Assembly: GCA_046482825.1 (NCBI GenBank)
Contig: JAWOEI010000081.1
Coordinates: 13,588 to 77,587 of the forward strand
Origin: Kiritimatiellia bacterium
GTDB taxonomy: Bacteria > Verrucomicrobiota > Kiritimatiellia > RFP12 > UBA1067
DNA length: 64,000 bases
Reading direction: 5' to 3'
Shown here: positions 50,437 to 60,235 of the stretch, piece by piece
Layout: each line of letters opens with the position of its first letter
Numbering within the stretch: the stretch's first letter is position 1
Position numbers and translations under genes: made by a program
The notes under the pieces: generated by a model
Seen by the model: the letters and a program-made list of their open reading frames with translations, nothing else
What the model was told of the DNA's origin: nothing
Databases searched by the model: none

Positions 50437-52887
50437 TTACCGAAAATAATGTTTCTTCGATGCAATTAGCGTAACAAACACACAGAAAACAGCGAAAACA
50501 GAAGCAATAAAAGGCAGCAGATTTTTTCTCCGTCGCAAAACAACTTCATGTTCACCGGGTTCCAGCTTAGCTGCCAGCCAGATACCGTCAGCCACATAAG
50601 CGACCTGCGGCTGACCATCTATCAATATTTCATATTTATCGCTGTCTCTTTGATTGAAAACCAGCAATGATTCAACTGCACATAATGTCGCTACTCCTAT
50701 CGAATAAGAACCGGGAAGCGGGTTTTCAAACAAAACATCTACAGAAGTCTCCGTCTCAGAATCCTGCGTCGTACTCATAACAGCATCGGAGACTACAAGT
50801 TCTGATTGCTTCAAATACTTCACATGCTCTGAAACCGCAACTCCCCCATGCCAATGCGTAAATAATCGCGGTTTGGTATCCGTTGATCGCAAAGCAAGCA
50901 ATGCCAAAGTGTTCTGACTCTGCTGCGACACTCTTCGCACAACCCCCGCTCCGATTTCAAAGATCAGTAATGGATTGGCAACCCCCGCTTCAACCAGATC
51001 AATGGCATCTGCATAGGGAATTACAACATGCCGAACATTGAACACCTGCCATAAACGCATGATCTCTTTGTTTAAAACCTTGAATATCTCGCTGTAAGGT
51101 TTATCGGCATCGGAAGGCGATGGGGCCAACCTGATAATGTCGTTGCAAAACAGAGACCGACGAAACCAGTCGCCTCCCGGCTGAACCGGCGGAGCATGCA
51201 ACAAAACCCGCGGCAATGCACCTGCCGAATCTGCTTTGACAGCTTTGACAACCGCATTTTCAGTATAATACGGAGTTAAATCCATCGCTTTCATATAACG
51301 TCTGGCAACCGTTGACTGGTCGATCACAATCAGGAGCAACACTGTAATCAAAACTCCTGCTCTCCAACGTTTTGAAGCAATACCCAGCAGACAACAACCG
51401 GTTGTCAGCGCAAGAAAAACACATGAGCGCCCGATATTTTGCAACGCATAGTTTCCAACAGAATCCGCGTTGGTAATTGGCCCCAGCTCTTTGACGTAGT
51501 TAACAACTGTGCCGCCCCCAAGCACAAGTAACAAAGCAGAAACAACAAGCACCACTGCTACACATCCGACCAGCCGCAGCAACATTCGTTTCAGCTTTAA
51601 ATGTTCCGATTGAGATGACAGCAGAACATGCACGCCATAACCACACAATAGGGCAGAGGCTATCTCGACAATGTGCAGGAACTTCACCGGTGCGCGGATC
51701 AGATTCATATATGGGATAGCATAAAATAATCGATAAACCGGTGTATAACGACCAAATGCCAACAGGAGACAGAAAAGCCATATGCCAGCCCAGAAGGGAA
51801 CATCGCGAAAAACATCTTTTACTTCTGAGTCTTCATCCGGCAGTTTACGAACTTTGAACCAGGCTAACACCGCAAACAGCGAAAACACAAAGGATACAAC
51901 ACCGAAATACACAGTATGCTGCCGGTAATTGGGCATCATACGGCCCTTCTGAAAAACACTCTTGTGAGGTTGCCCTAGACGTCCCCAGTATGGATGCTCT
52001 CCATTAAACGACTCGTTGCCGAATACGCCCGGCACAATAAACTCGAGCATGTCTTCCGGCGGAAGACTCCAGTTGGTCGCAAACAGCCATTGCTCTTTTG
52101 GCGAAACCTCTGGTTCGGCCTTGTCCTTAGATCCGTTTGACTTATTCCCGGAAGACTTGCTGACTCCAGCCATCTGAGCTTTTCTGTCTGCAATCCGGTC
52201 CGTCACAGCACTGTGAATAGCGTTGTATCCGGCCATCACAAGAAAAATCAACATAACCAGAAAACGGGGCCAGACGGATAAAGCGGTTTTCAGAAAAGAG
52301 GTACTCTGTTTAAAGGTCAACCAGAAGGCATAAAGAGCAGCTGTAGAAGCCACAAAAATAAACACATCCGGTTGATAAGGTATTCCCCATGCAAACACCA
52401 GACCGGTTAAGGCAAAGTAGATCAGTTTCTTTGTGCTGAATCCCCGATCAATCAGGCCGAAGGCCCAGACCGCACAGGAAAACATGTGAAAATACCCCCG
52501 GTGTCCGGCACAGAAGAGGGTAAATGTATAGCCACTGAAACCCAGCGCCAATGCACCGCACCAGGCGGCCAACGGACTCACACCTCGACCTCTGAGGTAA
52601 TAAAGAGCACCTAAAGTCAGTACAAGAGTATCAATTATGTATGTCAGTTCATGCGCATACAGAGGGTTGAATATAAGCCAGTAAAGAGTGTGAGGGGTGA
52701 AAGCTGTCTGCCCCCCCAGCACATTTGCCCATACAACAGAAGCATACTTGTATGAGAAGAAAGGCATTGAATCCGGCGCATGCAGGGCTGCATACTTTCC
52801 CAGCACCGGAAAGAAAACATAGATAACCGCAAGAGTAAAAACAGCCAGACCAACCGCTATTTTATTTCGCTTTAAAAATTCAACCAT
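50437..52887 (-). CDS. YfhO-like polytopic membrane protein (GT-C fold glycosyltransferase candidate).
   Basis: 816 aa with an N-terminal multi-TM domain, a large extracytoplasmic domain and a single C-terminal TM, matching the topology of the YfhO family. Confidence 0.5.
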   Translation of the reverse strand: MVEFLKRNKIAVGLAVFTLAVIYVFFPVLGKYAALHAPDSMPFFSYKYASVVWANVLGGQTAFTPHTLYWLIFNPLYAHELTYIIDTLVLTLGALYYLRGRGVSPLAAWCGALALGFSGYTFTLFCAGHRGYFHMFSCAVWAFGLIDRGFSTKKLIYFALTGLVFAWGIPYQPDVFIFVASTAALYAFWLTFKQSTSFLKTALSVWPRFLVMLIFLVMAGYNAIHSAVTDRIADRKAQMAGVSKSSGNKSNGSKDKAEPEVSPKEQWLFATNWSLPPEDMLEFIVPGVFGNESFNGEHPYWGRLGQPHKSVFQKGRMMPNYRQHTVYFGVVSFVFSLFAVLAWFKVRKLPDEDSEVKDVFRDVPFWAGIWLFCLLLAFGRYTPVYRLFYAIPYMNLIRAPVKFLHIVEIASALLCGYGVHVLLSSQSEHLKLKRMLLRLVGCVAVVLVVSALLLVLGGGTVVNYVKELGPITNADSVGNYALQNIGRSCVFLALTTGCCLLGIASKRWRAGVLITVLLLIVIDQSTVARRYMKAMDLTPYYTENAVVKAVKADSAGALPRVLLHAPPVQPGGDWFRRSLFCNDIIRLAPSPSDADKPYSEIFKVLNKEIMRLWQVFNVRHVVIPYADAIDLVEAGVANPLLIFEIGAGVVRRVSQQSQNTLALLALRSTDTKPRLFTHWHGGVAVSEHVKYLKQSELVVSDAVMSTTQDSETETSVDVLFENPLPGSYSIGVATLCAVESLLVFNQRDSDKYEILIDGQPQVAYVADGIWLAAKLEPGEHEVVLRRRKNLLPFIASVFAVFCVFVTLIASKKHYFR

Positions 52888-53052
52888 TCAGCATTCTTTC
52901 TTACTATCAATGACACCAAATCGCCAATATTCTACAGCAATTAAGGTACAGCTTAAAGGGGAAAACACATTTATAAAACGAGGTTCATGTAATAATACTT
53001 CCCAATTTATATCATCCTAATTGATTTTTGTAATCTCCGGCGCCGGTCCCGC

Positions 53053-53967
53053 TTAAAAATCAAAATCCAGCTGGCCGGAAACCACAATCTTACGTCCTTT
53101 TTCCAATGATTTGTCCGAGGTGTCATAAACCACGAACTTCACGGAAGGAAAATACCGCGAGAGTTCTTTCTGAATATATTCTTCGACGGCCCTGACATTG
53201 GCAATATCATCATCGGAAAACCCGACACTTATCGAACGGTGTCCAAGGCCTTTTCCATCACGTGACATCAAGCGGACAACATGTTCAACAAAATCACGTA
53301 TGGCAAATTGTTTTGAGTGCTCCTGGTCACTTTCATGCCCTCCTACAGAGTGAAGCCACTTTTTGAATCCGGGACTGGTCACAGCGTGATAGCGGTTAAG
53401 TGAAAGATAATATTCCAGTTCTTCTTCATCGCTCCCGAAATTCTTCATGCCATCAAAAGCGGCACGATAACCGCGCAGGTTTGCCAGCATAGTTTCACGT
53501 TCTTCATCAGTAAGCACCAGATCGATAAAAAGTCTTACTGCCGCTTTGATGGAGGCCGGTTCATGACCGCGGGCTGTAACTATGGCAAAAAGGCGTCCTT
53601 CGATCAGAGTCTCTTTTAAACGCATAAATGATGGAGCCGGAGATTCCTCACATCTTAGAACCCGCTCAAGAGTGTTTCGGGTGTCTTTGAGAAAACTGCT
53701 TTCATCGGCCTCTCCTTCATAATCCTGAAAATCCCTGAAAGCCAGATCCCAGTTGCCTCCGGGCGGACGGTAATTTTCGGTGTCGCTTCGGATCACGGCG
53801 AACAAAGAAGTTGAAACGGAATGCTCGACCCAGTTACCGTCGCGATCCTTTTTTTCCAGATAGATTCTGGTAGGCATATGAAGAATGTTGTCATCCCAGT
53901 CGAAGATGAAATATTTGAAATCACGCCCGGCAACACGCTTGTTGATCTTTTTAAAATGAGGCTTCAT
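53053..53967 (-). CDS. Hypothetical protein, possibly a HAD-like phosphatase.
   Basis: FIFDWDDNIL resembles HAD motif I and IVTARG resembles motif II. Otherwise unassigned. Confidence 0.3.
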   Translation of the reverse strand: MKPHFKKINKRVAGRDFKYFIFDWDDNILHMPTRIYLEKKDRDGNWVEHSVSTSLFAVIRSDTENYRPPGGNWDLAFRDFQDYEGEADESSFLKDTRNTLERVLRCEESPAPSFMRLKETLIEGRLFAIVTARGHEPASIKAAVRLFIDLVLTDEERETMLANLRGYRAAFDGMKNFGSDEEELEYYLSLNRYHAVTSPGFKKWLHSVGGHESDQEHSKQFAIRDFVEHVVRLMSRDGKGLGHRSISVGFSDDDIANVRAVEEYIQKELSRYFPSVKFVVYDTSDKSLEKGRKIVVSGQLDFDF

Positions 53968-54012
53968 TGATCAGTAAATTAATGCCGCTAAAGAAGAATG
54001 TCAAGCTGGTGG

Positions 54013-55497
54013 TTATTTCTTACCTGCATCCAACTCGCGCCAGGTAGGCGCGGATACAACCTGAAAAAGATGCCAGTCCCCAAAAGCCCCGGCAAAAAGA
54101 AGACGTTCACAACCATAATCGTATATGCCCGGATAAGCTGCAAAAATATATTCCATAGCAGTGAACCCCTCCGGCCTGGGAACAAGCACATAAAGATCCT
54201 GTCCGAAATAATCCTTACGCAGTGTATTGACATGAAAATGAAGATTGGGGGTCAGGCAATCTCCGTCATAGTCCTGCAGAAGAGTAAGTCCGGTATAGCC
54301 GGGAACAAAAACACGTCCGTATCGGGTTTCCGAATCAACATATCTTTCAACCTCACGGCGAAGGCTCCGCCGTTCAGCAACATCAAGCTGTTTTGCAGCA
54401 GAAAAACCGACTTTTGACTGAAATAGAATGGACAATGCTATACAGATAACCATGCTGATTACGATAAGCGCACGATTATCAAAAAAACGCACGAAAAATA
54501 TCAGGAGCAACATGAAAACAGAAAGCAGCAGTTCAAAGAAACACCATGTCAGCCCGGAACACACCAATCCGTAAAGATAAACGCCGGAACTGAGAACAAC
54601 AATGAAAGAGAAAACGCGATTCCCGTTACGACTGGCCACCTCATCGACATTGCTTCTCAGAAAAACAATACCCAGTTTCAGATAACCGATTATAAGAAGT
54701 GCCGGGATCAGTAAAGTTATAAGAAAAACGAAACCCGCCGTCTCGCTATACCTGACGAGAGACCTGAGAAAGAAGAAAGGGTCACCCATAATCAGCCAGT
54801 TAAGCAGAAACCAGGTGGCGAGCGAGTAAATCCACGGCAGCCAGCCCACCACAGCGGCGGAAACCGTGCGGGCGAATTTCTCTCCCTGTCGGTGCCAGAA
54901 CCAGATATACGGAACAGCCACAGCAAACCAGACAGCCAGCGAAAAAAAGTGTATCCCGCTGATAGAGAGCATTGCCACCCCCGCACCTATCATGACAATA
55001 TCGCGCAACCACATCCGGGCGGACCAGTCAAGCAAACTGCCGAAGGTTATCGCAAAGAAAGCAACAGGCAGAACCGTGCTCACTGTAAGAACCTCAGGAT
55101 CAAGCGTAAATGCTATTACCGCAATTCCTGTCTGGGCCGCCGTAATATGCGTAAAAGCATGAACACTCCCTTTAAGCGCTTCGCGCACACTCCAGAGCAT
55201 CACGAAAAACGCCAGAAAAAAGGAAATATAACCAGCGGCCTTAATCGGAAATATCCAGGCGATCGGAAGATAGAAAAGCGTTGGCAGCGGTCCATTCCAG
55301 CATGACCCTGCCAGTGCCTGACGTCCTTCAGTTGTTCCCTGCGTCAATTCCCTGCATATGCCAGCCAAACGCCCGGCCGGTTCCCAGCCTTCATTCAAAA
55401 GAGCAAAAGCAATTACAAAAACAAGTGAAAGTATCAAAGGAATGACCCCGCCTGTAACAAGCCTTACCCATTTATAATTTTTTTGCTGTACGTTCAT
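54013..55497 (-). CDS. Polytopic membrane protein with a C-terminal soluble domain (possibly a Wzy/GT-C-like polymerase or transferase).
   Basis: About 12 predicted TM helices followed by a ~120-aa hydrophilic C-terminus. No catalytic motif recognised. Confidence 0.4.
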   Translation of the reverse strand: MNVQQKNYKWVRLVTGGVIPLILSLVFVIAFALLNEGWEPAGRLAGICRELTQGTTEGRQALAGSCWNGPLPTLFYLPIAWIFPIKAAGYISFFLAFFVMLWSVREALKGSVHAFTHITAAQTGIAVIAFTLDPEVLTVSTVLPVAFFAITFGSLLDWSARMWLRDIVMIGAGVAMLSISGIHFFSLAVWFAVAVPYIWFWHRQGEKFARTVSAAVVGWLPWIYSLATWFLLNWLIMGDPFFFLRSLVRYSETAGFVFLITLLIPALLIIGYLKLGIVFLRSNVDEVASRNGNRVFSFIVVLSSGVYLYGLVCSGLTWCFFELLLSVFMLLLIFFVRFFDNRALIVISMVICIALSILFQSKVGFSAAKQLDVAERRSLRREVERYVDSETRYGRVFVPGYTGLTLLQDYDGDCLTPNLHFHVNTLRKDYFGQDLYVLVPRPEGFTAMEYIFAAYPGIYDYGCERLLFAGAFGDWHLFQVVSAPTWRELDAGKK

Positions 55498-55515
55498 AAT
55501 CTAAGGTGTCAGATA

Positions 55516-56976
55516 TCAGAGAGATTCACTGTTAACTGCTTTGTCTAGTCCGTGGCTGGTTTTCTCCCATACAAAGGGGTCTGTAAAAAACTGAATAAAA
55601 GCACGCCATCCGCTGATACTCATCAGCACCCAGTAAAGCGGAGTAAAGAGGGCATACCAGATCAGGGAATCGCGCTCCCGCTTGTAACATCCTAACAGCG
55701 TAACATAGACAAAAACAAAATTGCCTGCGAAAAGGCAAAAGGCCCCGGCAGCAAAAACAGGACCGGGGAAAAACATGGCCAGTCCCGCCGGTTTAAAGAC
55801 AAACCAGACTGCCGCCATCAACCAGAAAACAGGATTTGTCAGCACAGAAAAGGTTACACCTCCGATCAACAGCTGATAATGCATGAAATTTAAAAACCCT
55901 ATCTCTTTCAGCAGCTGCAAAGGATGACGCATATGGACAAACCATGTCTGGATATACCCCTTCTGCCAGCGGGTACGCTGTCTAATCCAGGAAGGGAGAT
56001 GACTGCATGCCTCCTCCCAGGTGGTTGTGGTCAGCATTCGGGTCGCATAACCGGCCCTTACCAGCCGCACCCCGAGATCACAGTCCTCGGTTACATTGTA
56101 AGCATCCCAACCCATGAGTTCCTTAAGCACAGCGGTTTTAAAATGATTGGATGTGCCCCCAAGCGGGATCACAGCTCCGAGTGCCGCCAGTCCCGGCAGT
56201 TGAAGATCAAACCAGGTGGAGTATTCTGCGGTAAACCAGCGCGTAAGAATATTCTGACAGGGATTATAGTAATTCAAACGCGACTGTATGCATGCGACAT
56301 TCTCATCAAAATTTTCAAATGCCATAACCGCTTTTTTCAATTGATCCGGCTCCGGCATATCCTCAGCGTCATAAATCACCAGATATTGTCCTTCGGCCAT
56401 ATTGAGCCCTATATTACAGGCTTTCGGTTTTGTATGCGGAAACGACCCGGGAATTTCAACAATGCGGAAACCCTCAGGCATATCCATGGCTCTGGCAGCA
56501 TCGAGAGTGAGGTGGTCATCCTCTTCAAGAAGGAACCGGATATCCTTTTTGTCTGCAGGATAATCCATATCGGTCATGGCCTTGACCATCTGCGGAAGAA
56601 CCTCGGGCTCTTTTAACATAGGAATCAGAACGGTGTACATAGGCCATTCACGCGGTTCCTGAGCAAATATATCTTCCGCTGAAAAATCCATTGACGCATC
56701 AGGAGAGATGGAGGAACGGATAACAACAAACTTGTAAAGGGTCAAAATTATGTAGAATCCGGTACAGCAGGCGATCAGAAAACGGGCCGTACCGAGCGGA
56801 GCAAGCACAAAAGCGACAAGCAGAAGCAGAAACAGAACCAGAACGCTCTTTTTCTGTACAGATGTAACCGGCACCGACGCACTCCATTCCGGATGCTTTG
56901 TTGCCAGTTCCAATGGATCAATGGATGCGATTCTGCGGCGCATCTCCCCCCCGGGATCACTTTTACCACACATCAA
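55516..56976 (-). CDS. Processive family-2 glycosyltransferase (cellulose-synthase-like).
   Basis: D, DxD (YDAEDM), TED and QRTRWQKG (QxxRW) motifs, flanked by N- and C-terminal TM bundles. Confidence 0.8.
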   Translation of the reverse strand: MMCGKSDPGGEMRRRIASIDPLELATKHPEWSASVPVTSVQKKSVLVLFLLLLVAFVLAPLGTARFLIACCTGFYIILTLYKFVVIRSSISPDASMDFSAEDIFAQEPREWPMYTVLIPMLKEPEVLPQMVKAMTDMDYPADKKDIRFLLEEDDHLTLDAARAMDMPEGFRIVEIPGSFPHTKPKACNIGLNMAEGQYLVIYDAEDMPEPDQLKKAVMAFENFDENVACIQSRLNYYNPCQNILTRWFTAEYSTWFDLQLPGLAALGAVIPLGGTSNHFKTAVLKELMGWDAYNVTEDCDLGVRLVRAGYATRMLTTTTWEEACSHLPSWIRQRTRWQKGYIQTWFVHMRHPLQLLKEIGFLNFMHYQLLIGGVTFSVLTNPVFWLMAAVWFVFKPAGLAMFFPGPVFAAGAFCLFAGNFVFVYVTLLGCYKRERDSLIWYALFTPLYWVLMSISGWRAFIQFFTDPFVWEKTSHGLDKAVNSESL

Positions 56977-57063
56977 GGATCATTCCCCTCTATTAAATCA
57001 GGCAGGAGTATAGCAGATGCAGAAGATTTTTACAAACATAAGGCGGAAAAACAACACGCAGAA

Positions 57064-58143
57064 TCAATGCTTAATAATGCCTCCGGGAATAGTGATCGTT
57101 TTTCCGTAAATCGAATTAGGACCATCTTTCTCGCCGGCATAATAAACCAGGAACCACTCACGGCCTTTCAAATGAACCATCCAGGGATAACTGAAATCAG
57201 CCTGACCGGGGGCAGCGGCAATGCGGCAAACCTTGCTCCAATCCGAGCAGCTCTCTTTTGAAGTCCAGAGATAGATCTCTTTCTCTGCCGTTCTTTCCGA
57301 CTGCAAGGCATAGTAAGTTCCCCGGGAAGTCGGATCCTCGATAATAAAAGGTGCGGGATGATTGGCTTTCGGATTGCCCTGAATAACGCTGTTTTCAAAT
57401 TTCCAACTTTTTCCCAGATCATCGCTGCTGTACTGATGGTAGGCGTATGCAGCGTTTTCGCGGACGAGGCCGGTCAGTTTTCCGTCGGACGTATAGATAA
57501 AGGTCGGTTCAAAGTACTTCTTCTCTGTGATTGTCTCTGGCGGCTGCCAGGTCAATCCCTGATCCTTGGAATAAGCGATCCATATACCGAAGCCCTTGGG
57601 TTTGCGGTAGTGTCCGCAAACCGCCAGACCTTTGCCAGGCACATTAAAAACATGGCCAAACACCGATCCGGTTCTGCTGTTACCCAGGGCTGATGAATCT
57701 GTCCGTTTCCAATTCTCACCATTATCTGTGGAACGCCAGCAATAGATGTTGTTGCGGAGATTGTCGGTAAACGCCATGCCCATCAGTATAACCGCGCCGT
57801 CAGGAGCAACACCCATCGCGAGATTGGCACAGTGCTGATAAGGCATACTGCTGTCGAAATTTTTGAGAATTTTAGGTGCTGAAAAGTTTTTTCCGTTATC
57901 CGTGGAAACAGAAACCGCCGGACACCCATCGCCGTTCACATGCTTTCTGCCGGCAATATATGCGACAATCAGAGTTCCATCAGCGGTTTTAACCAGCTTA
58001 GGCCAGGAAAGATGCTGATGCCTGGCATCTTCAGGAGCTGGCACAATCACCCGCGCATCCCGCACTGCTTCCGCCTTGACACATATTACGGCCGTCAATA
58101 CGGTGATACGCACAACCTGATTGAAAAAAAAGCCGACTTTCAT
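57064..58143 (-). CDS. Secreted BNR/Asp-box repeat beta-propeller protein (sialidase-like).
   Basis: Signal peptide and four Asp-box repeats (STDNGKNF, STDNGENW, SKDQGLTW, SDDLGKSW). Confidence 0.65.
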   Translation of the reverse strand: MKVGFFFNQVVRITVLTAVICVKAEAVRDARVIVPAPEDARHQHLSWPKLVKTADGTLIVAYIAGRKHVNGDGCPAVSVSTDNGKNFSAPKILKNFDSSMPYQHCANLAMGVAPDGAVILMGMAFTDNLRNNIYCWRSTDNGENWKRTDSSALGNSRTGSVFGHVFNVPGKGLAVCGHYRKPKGFGIWIAYSKDQGLTWQPPETITEKKYFEPTFIYTSDGKLTGLVRENAAYAYHQYSSDDLGKSWKFENSVIQGNPKANHPAPFIIEDPTSRGTYYALQSERTAEKEIYLWTSKESCSDWSKVCRIAAAPGQADFSYPWMVHLKGREWFLVYYAGEKDGPNSIYGKTITIPGGIIKH

Positions 58144-58231
58144 TTATACCTCGAAAAATGCGTAACGTTTTGTCAAAGCACTACAGCATATCCAATTTTC
58201 ACCCGGATATACATTAGCGACAATCCCGCAA

Positions 58232-58248
58232 ATCCCGCAAAGCGGGAT
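58232..58248. terminator. Hairpin (atcccgc-aaa-gcgggat) downstream of the minus-strand LamG gene. Possible terminator.
   Basis: 7-bp stem followed on the minus strand by ttgcgggattgtcg, which is moderately T-rich. Confidence 0.35.
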
Positions 58249-58269
58249 CATTGCTCTGGGATGAAGAGC

Positions 58270-60018
58270 CTAGTGCACCAATATCAGAGTGCCTTTAACC
58301 GGTGACGAGAAATATCTGGCATACAGATGATTCATTACGGAATCAACATCGCTGTCAGAAAGAGCGGTATCATAAACTACCAAACCCGCTATCTGACCAT
58401 CCGTGCTGTTATATCCGTTTTCAGCTCCCAGATATGTGACACTGTGACTGTTGACAACAAGCCCGGCGTTATTCTCTCTTCCCTCAAAGAAACCATCTTC
58501 ATAAGCACTGTAGGATACATTTCTGTAGCCCATTAATCTGCCCCGCAGGGTTTTCCCTGCATGTCCGTTCACTGTATCAGCACTGCCATTCCATATTCCG
58601 GCCATGACAAACCACTGCGAGGAATTTTCAGGAAGGAAGGGATAACGTGCAAAAGCTCCCTCTTCTGTACGTGAATGCAGTGCGACCTCTTTGTCAGCCG
58701 AAAGGAAATTACCCCAAACGGCTCCACCTATATTGTATTCTGAACGCAGACTATAACCAGAGACGGACACATCATCGTATTTCAGCACCATAAACCAGGT
58801 CAGGGTATTTGTATTCAGGCAGGCGGCTGCCTCTATGGAGAGGTAATCGTTTTCATCTTTGCTGAAGGCGGCAACAGCCGAGGGTTCGGATGCTCCTATC
58901 ATACCGTCATCTTTGAAGGATGGACGACGGCTCTTATCCCGTTGCAGAAAATCCTGCCGACCGCCTTCCGGAGCGCAATCAAGCCACAGCGCAATGTCTC
59001 CCGCGCTGTTAGTCACAACAGAGTCGTTCTGCAGGTTGATTACCAGATTATCTGTAACGGGCAAATCCCCATCCCGGTAAACAATGGACAAAGAATCCGC
59101 AGCATCCCAGTGCTGCTTTATTTCGGCGGCCGATAACGCACGCTGATACAAAGCGACCTCATCGATGCGTCCGTAAAAACCCATTCCCGGACTAATGGAT
59201 GAATCTTCATAACTTACTCCGCCAATGCCGAACGGTCCGGGCGGCTGAATGTCCTGGGTAGCCCCCCCGATGGCATTACCGGATTTGAGATCCGGGCTGT
59301 ATGTCGTTCCCCGATGTTCGCCGTTAACAAAAATAGACGCTTCATCATCTGTCCCCGGAGGATTCCGAGTGAAAACGGCGACCACATGATACCACTTCAG
59401 TCTGTCAACAGGCACTTTGGGTGTTTCCAGTTTTGCCTCACTCCATTCTGCATCTTTATCAATTATGCGGGCAAACACCTCTCCGTTATGAACAGCGATA
59501 TAATAACCATAGCGATAACTTATAAACGATGTGCCGTCGTTGTAACCCATTTTACCGCAGACCGCTTCCGGATACTTTTGTGTGCCTGATCTTGCGCAGC
59601 GAATCCAGCCCTCTATCGTGAAACTCCCGGTGCCGGGATTGAGTTGCATGGAATCCTCCACTGTCATATAAGCCCTGGCATTATAAAAATCAGGCGACTC
59701 TGAATTAAAAAAGACAAGTCCATAATTGTATAACCCGAATCCGTCGAAGGCCACACCATCAAAGATTTCGGTGTACCGCGGCCCATTGACTGTCCGGCAG
59801 TCACCCGTGGAAGTTAAACTGGGAAACACCACACCTGTATAATTGCCGAGGTCTGAATAAAAATTTGTTTCGCTGTGTTCCGACAACCGGAAATACACGC
59901 TCGGCTGACTGTTTGAAACAGCCGCAGCATACTCACTTTCAACGGCGTAAACTGAATACGCACACAACAGACAGAGAGCAATCAACCCATTTACAACTCT
60001 ACTTCTCATATTAACCAC
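58270..60018 (-). CDS. Secreted LamG / concanavalin-A-like lectin-glucanase domain protein.
   Basis: Signal peptide, 582 aa, and a LamG-like beta-sandwich composition (rich in Gly, Asn, Tyr and Ser). Confidence 0.55.
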   Translation of the reverse strand: MVNMRSRVVNGLIALCLLCAYSVYAVESEYAAAVSNSQPSVYFRLSEHSETNFYSDLGNYTGVVFPSLTSTGDCRTVNGPRYTEIFDGVAFDGFGLYNYGLVFFNSESPDFYNARAYMTVEDSMQLNPGTGSFTIEGWIRCARSGTQKYPEAVCGKMGYNDGTSFISYRYGYYIAVHNGEVFARIIDKDAEWSEAKLETPKVPVDRLKWYHVVAVFTRNPPGTDDEASIFVNGEHRGTTYSPDLKSGNAIGGATQDIQPPGPFGIGGVSYEDSSISPGMGFYGRIDEVALYQRALSAAEIKQHWDAADSLSIVYRDGDLPVTDNLVINLQNDSVVTNSAGDIALWLDCAPEGGRQDFLQRDKSRRPSFKDDGMIGASEPSAVAAFSKDENDYLSIEAAACLNTNTLTWFMVLKYDDVSVSGYSLRSEYNIGGAVWGNFLSADKEVALHSRTEEGAFARYPFLPENSSQWFVMAGIWNGSADTVNGHAGKTLRGRLMGYRNVSYSAYEDGFFEGRENNAGLVVNSHSVTYLGAENGYNSTDGQIAGLVVYDTALSDSDVDSVMNHLYARYFSSPVKGTLILVH

Positions 60019-60235
60019 CTTTCAACAAGCTTAAAACACTGATAACAGTCGGCATGTTTATATGTTAAACTGCAGACACAGACGCAATCAAAACATATTC
60101 ATCGCAGAAACAGAGCATTCATAGCACAAATGTAACAGAAATATGAATTGATGCGTGATTGCGGCAGTGCGCCATCGCGCAAGTATTTATTTTTTCAAAC
60201 AAACGGCATAAGATGGAAAACCCGCTACACAAGGA

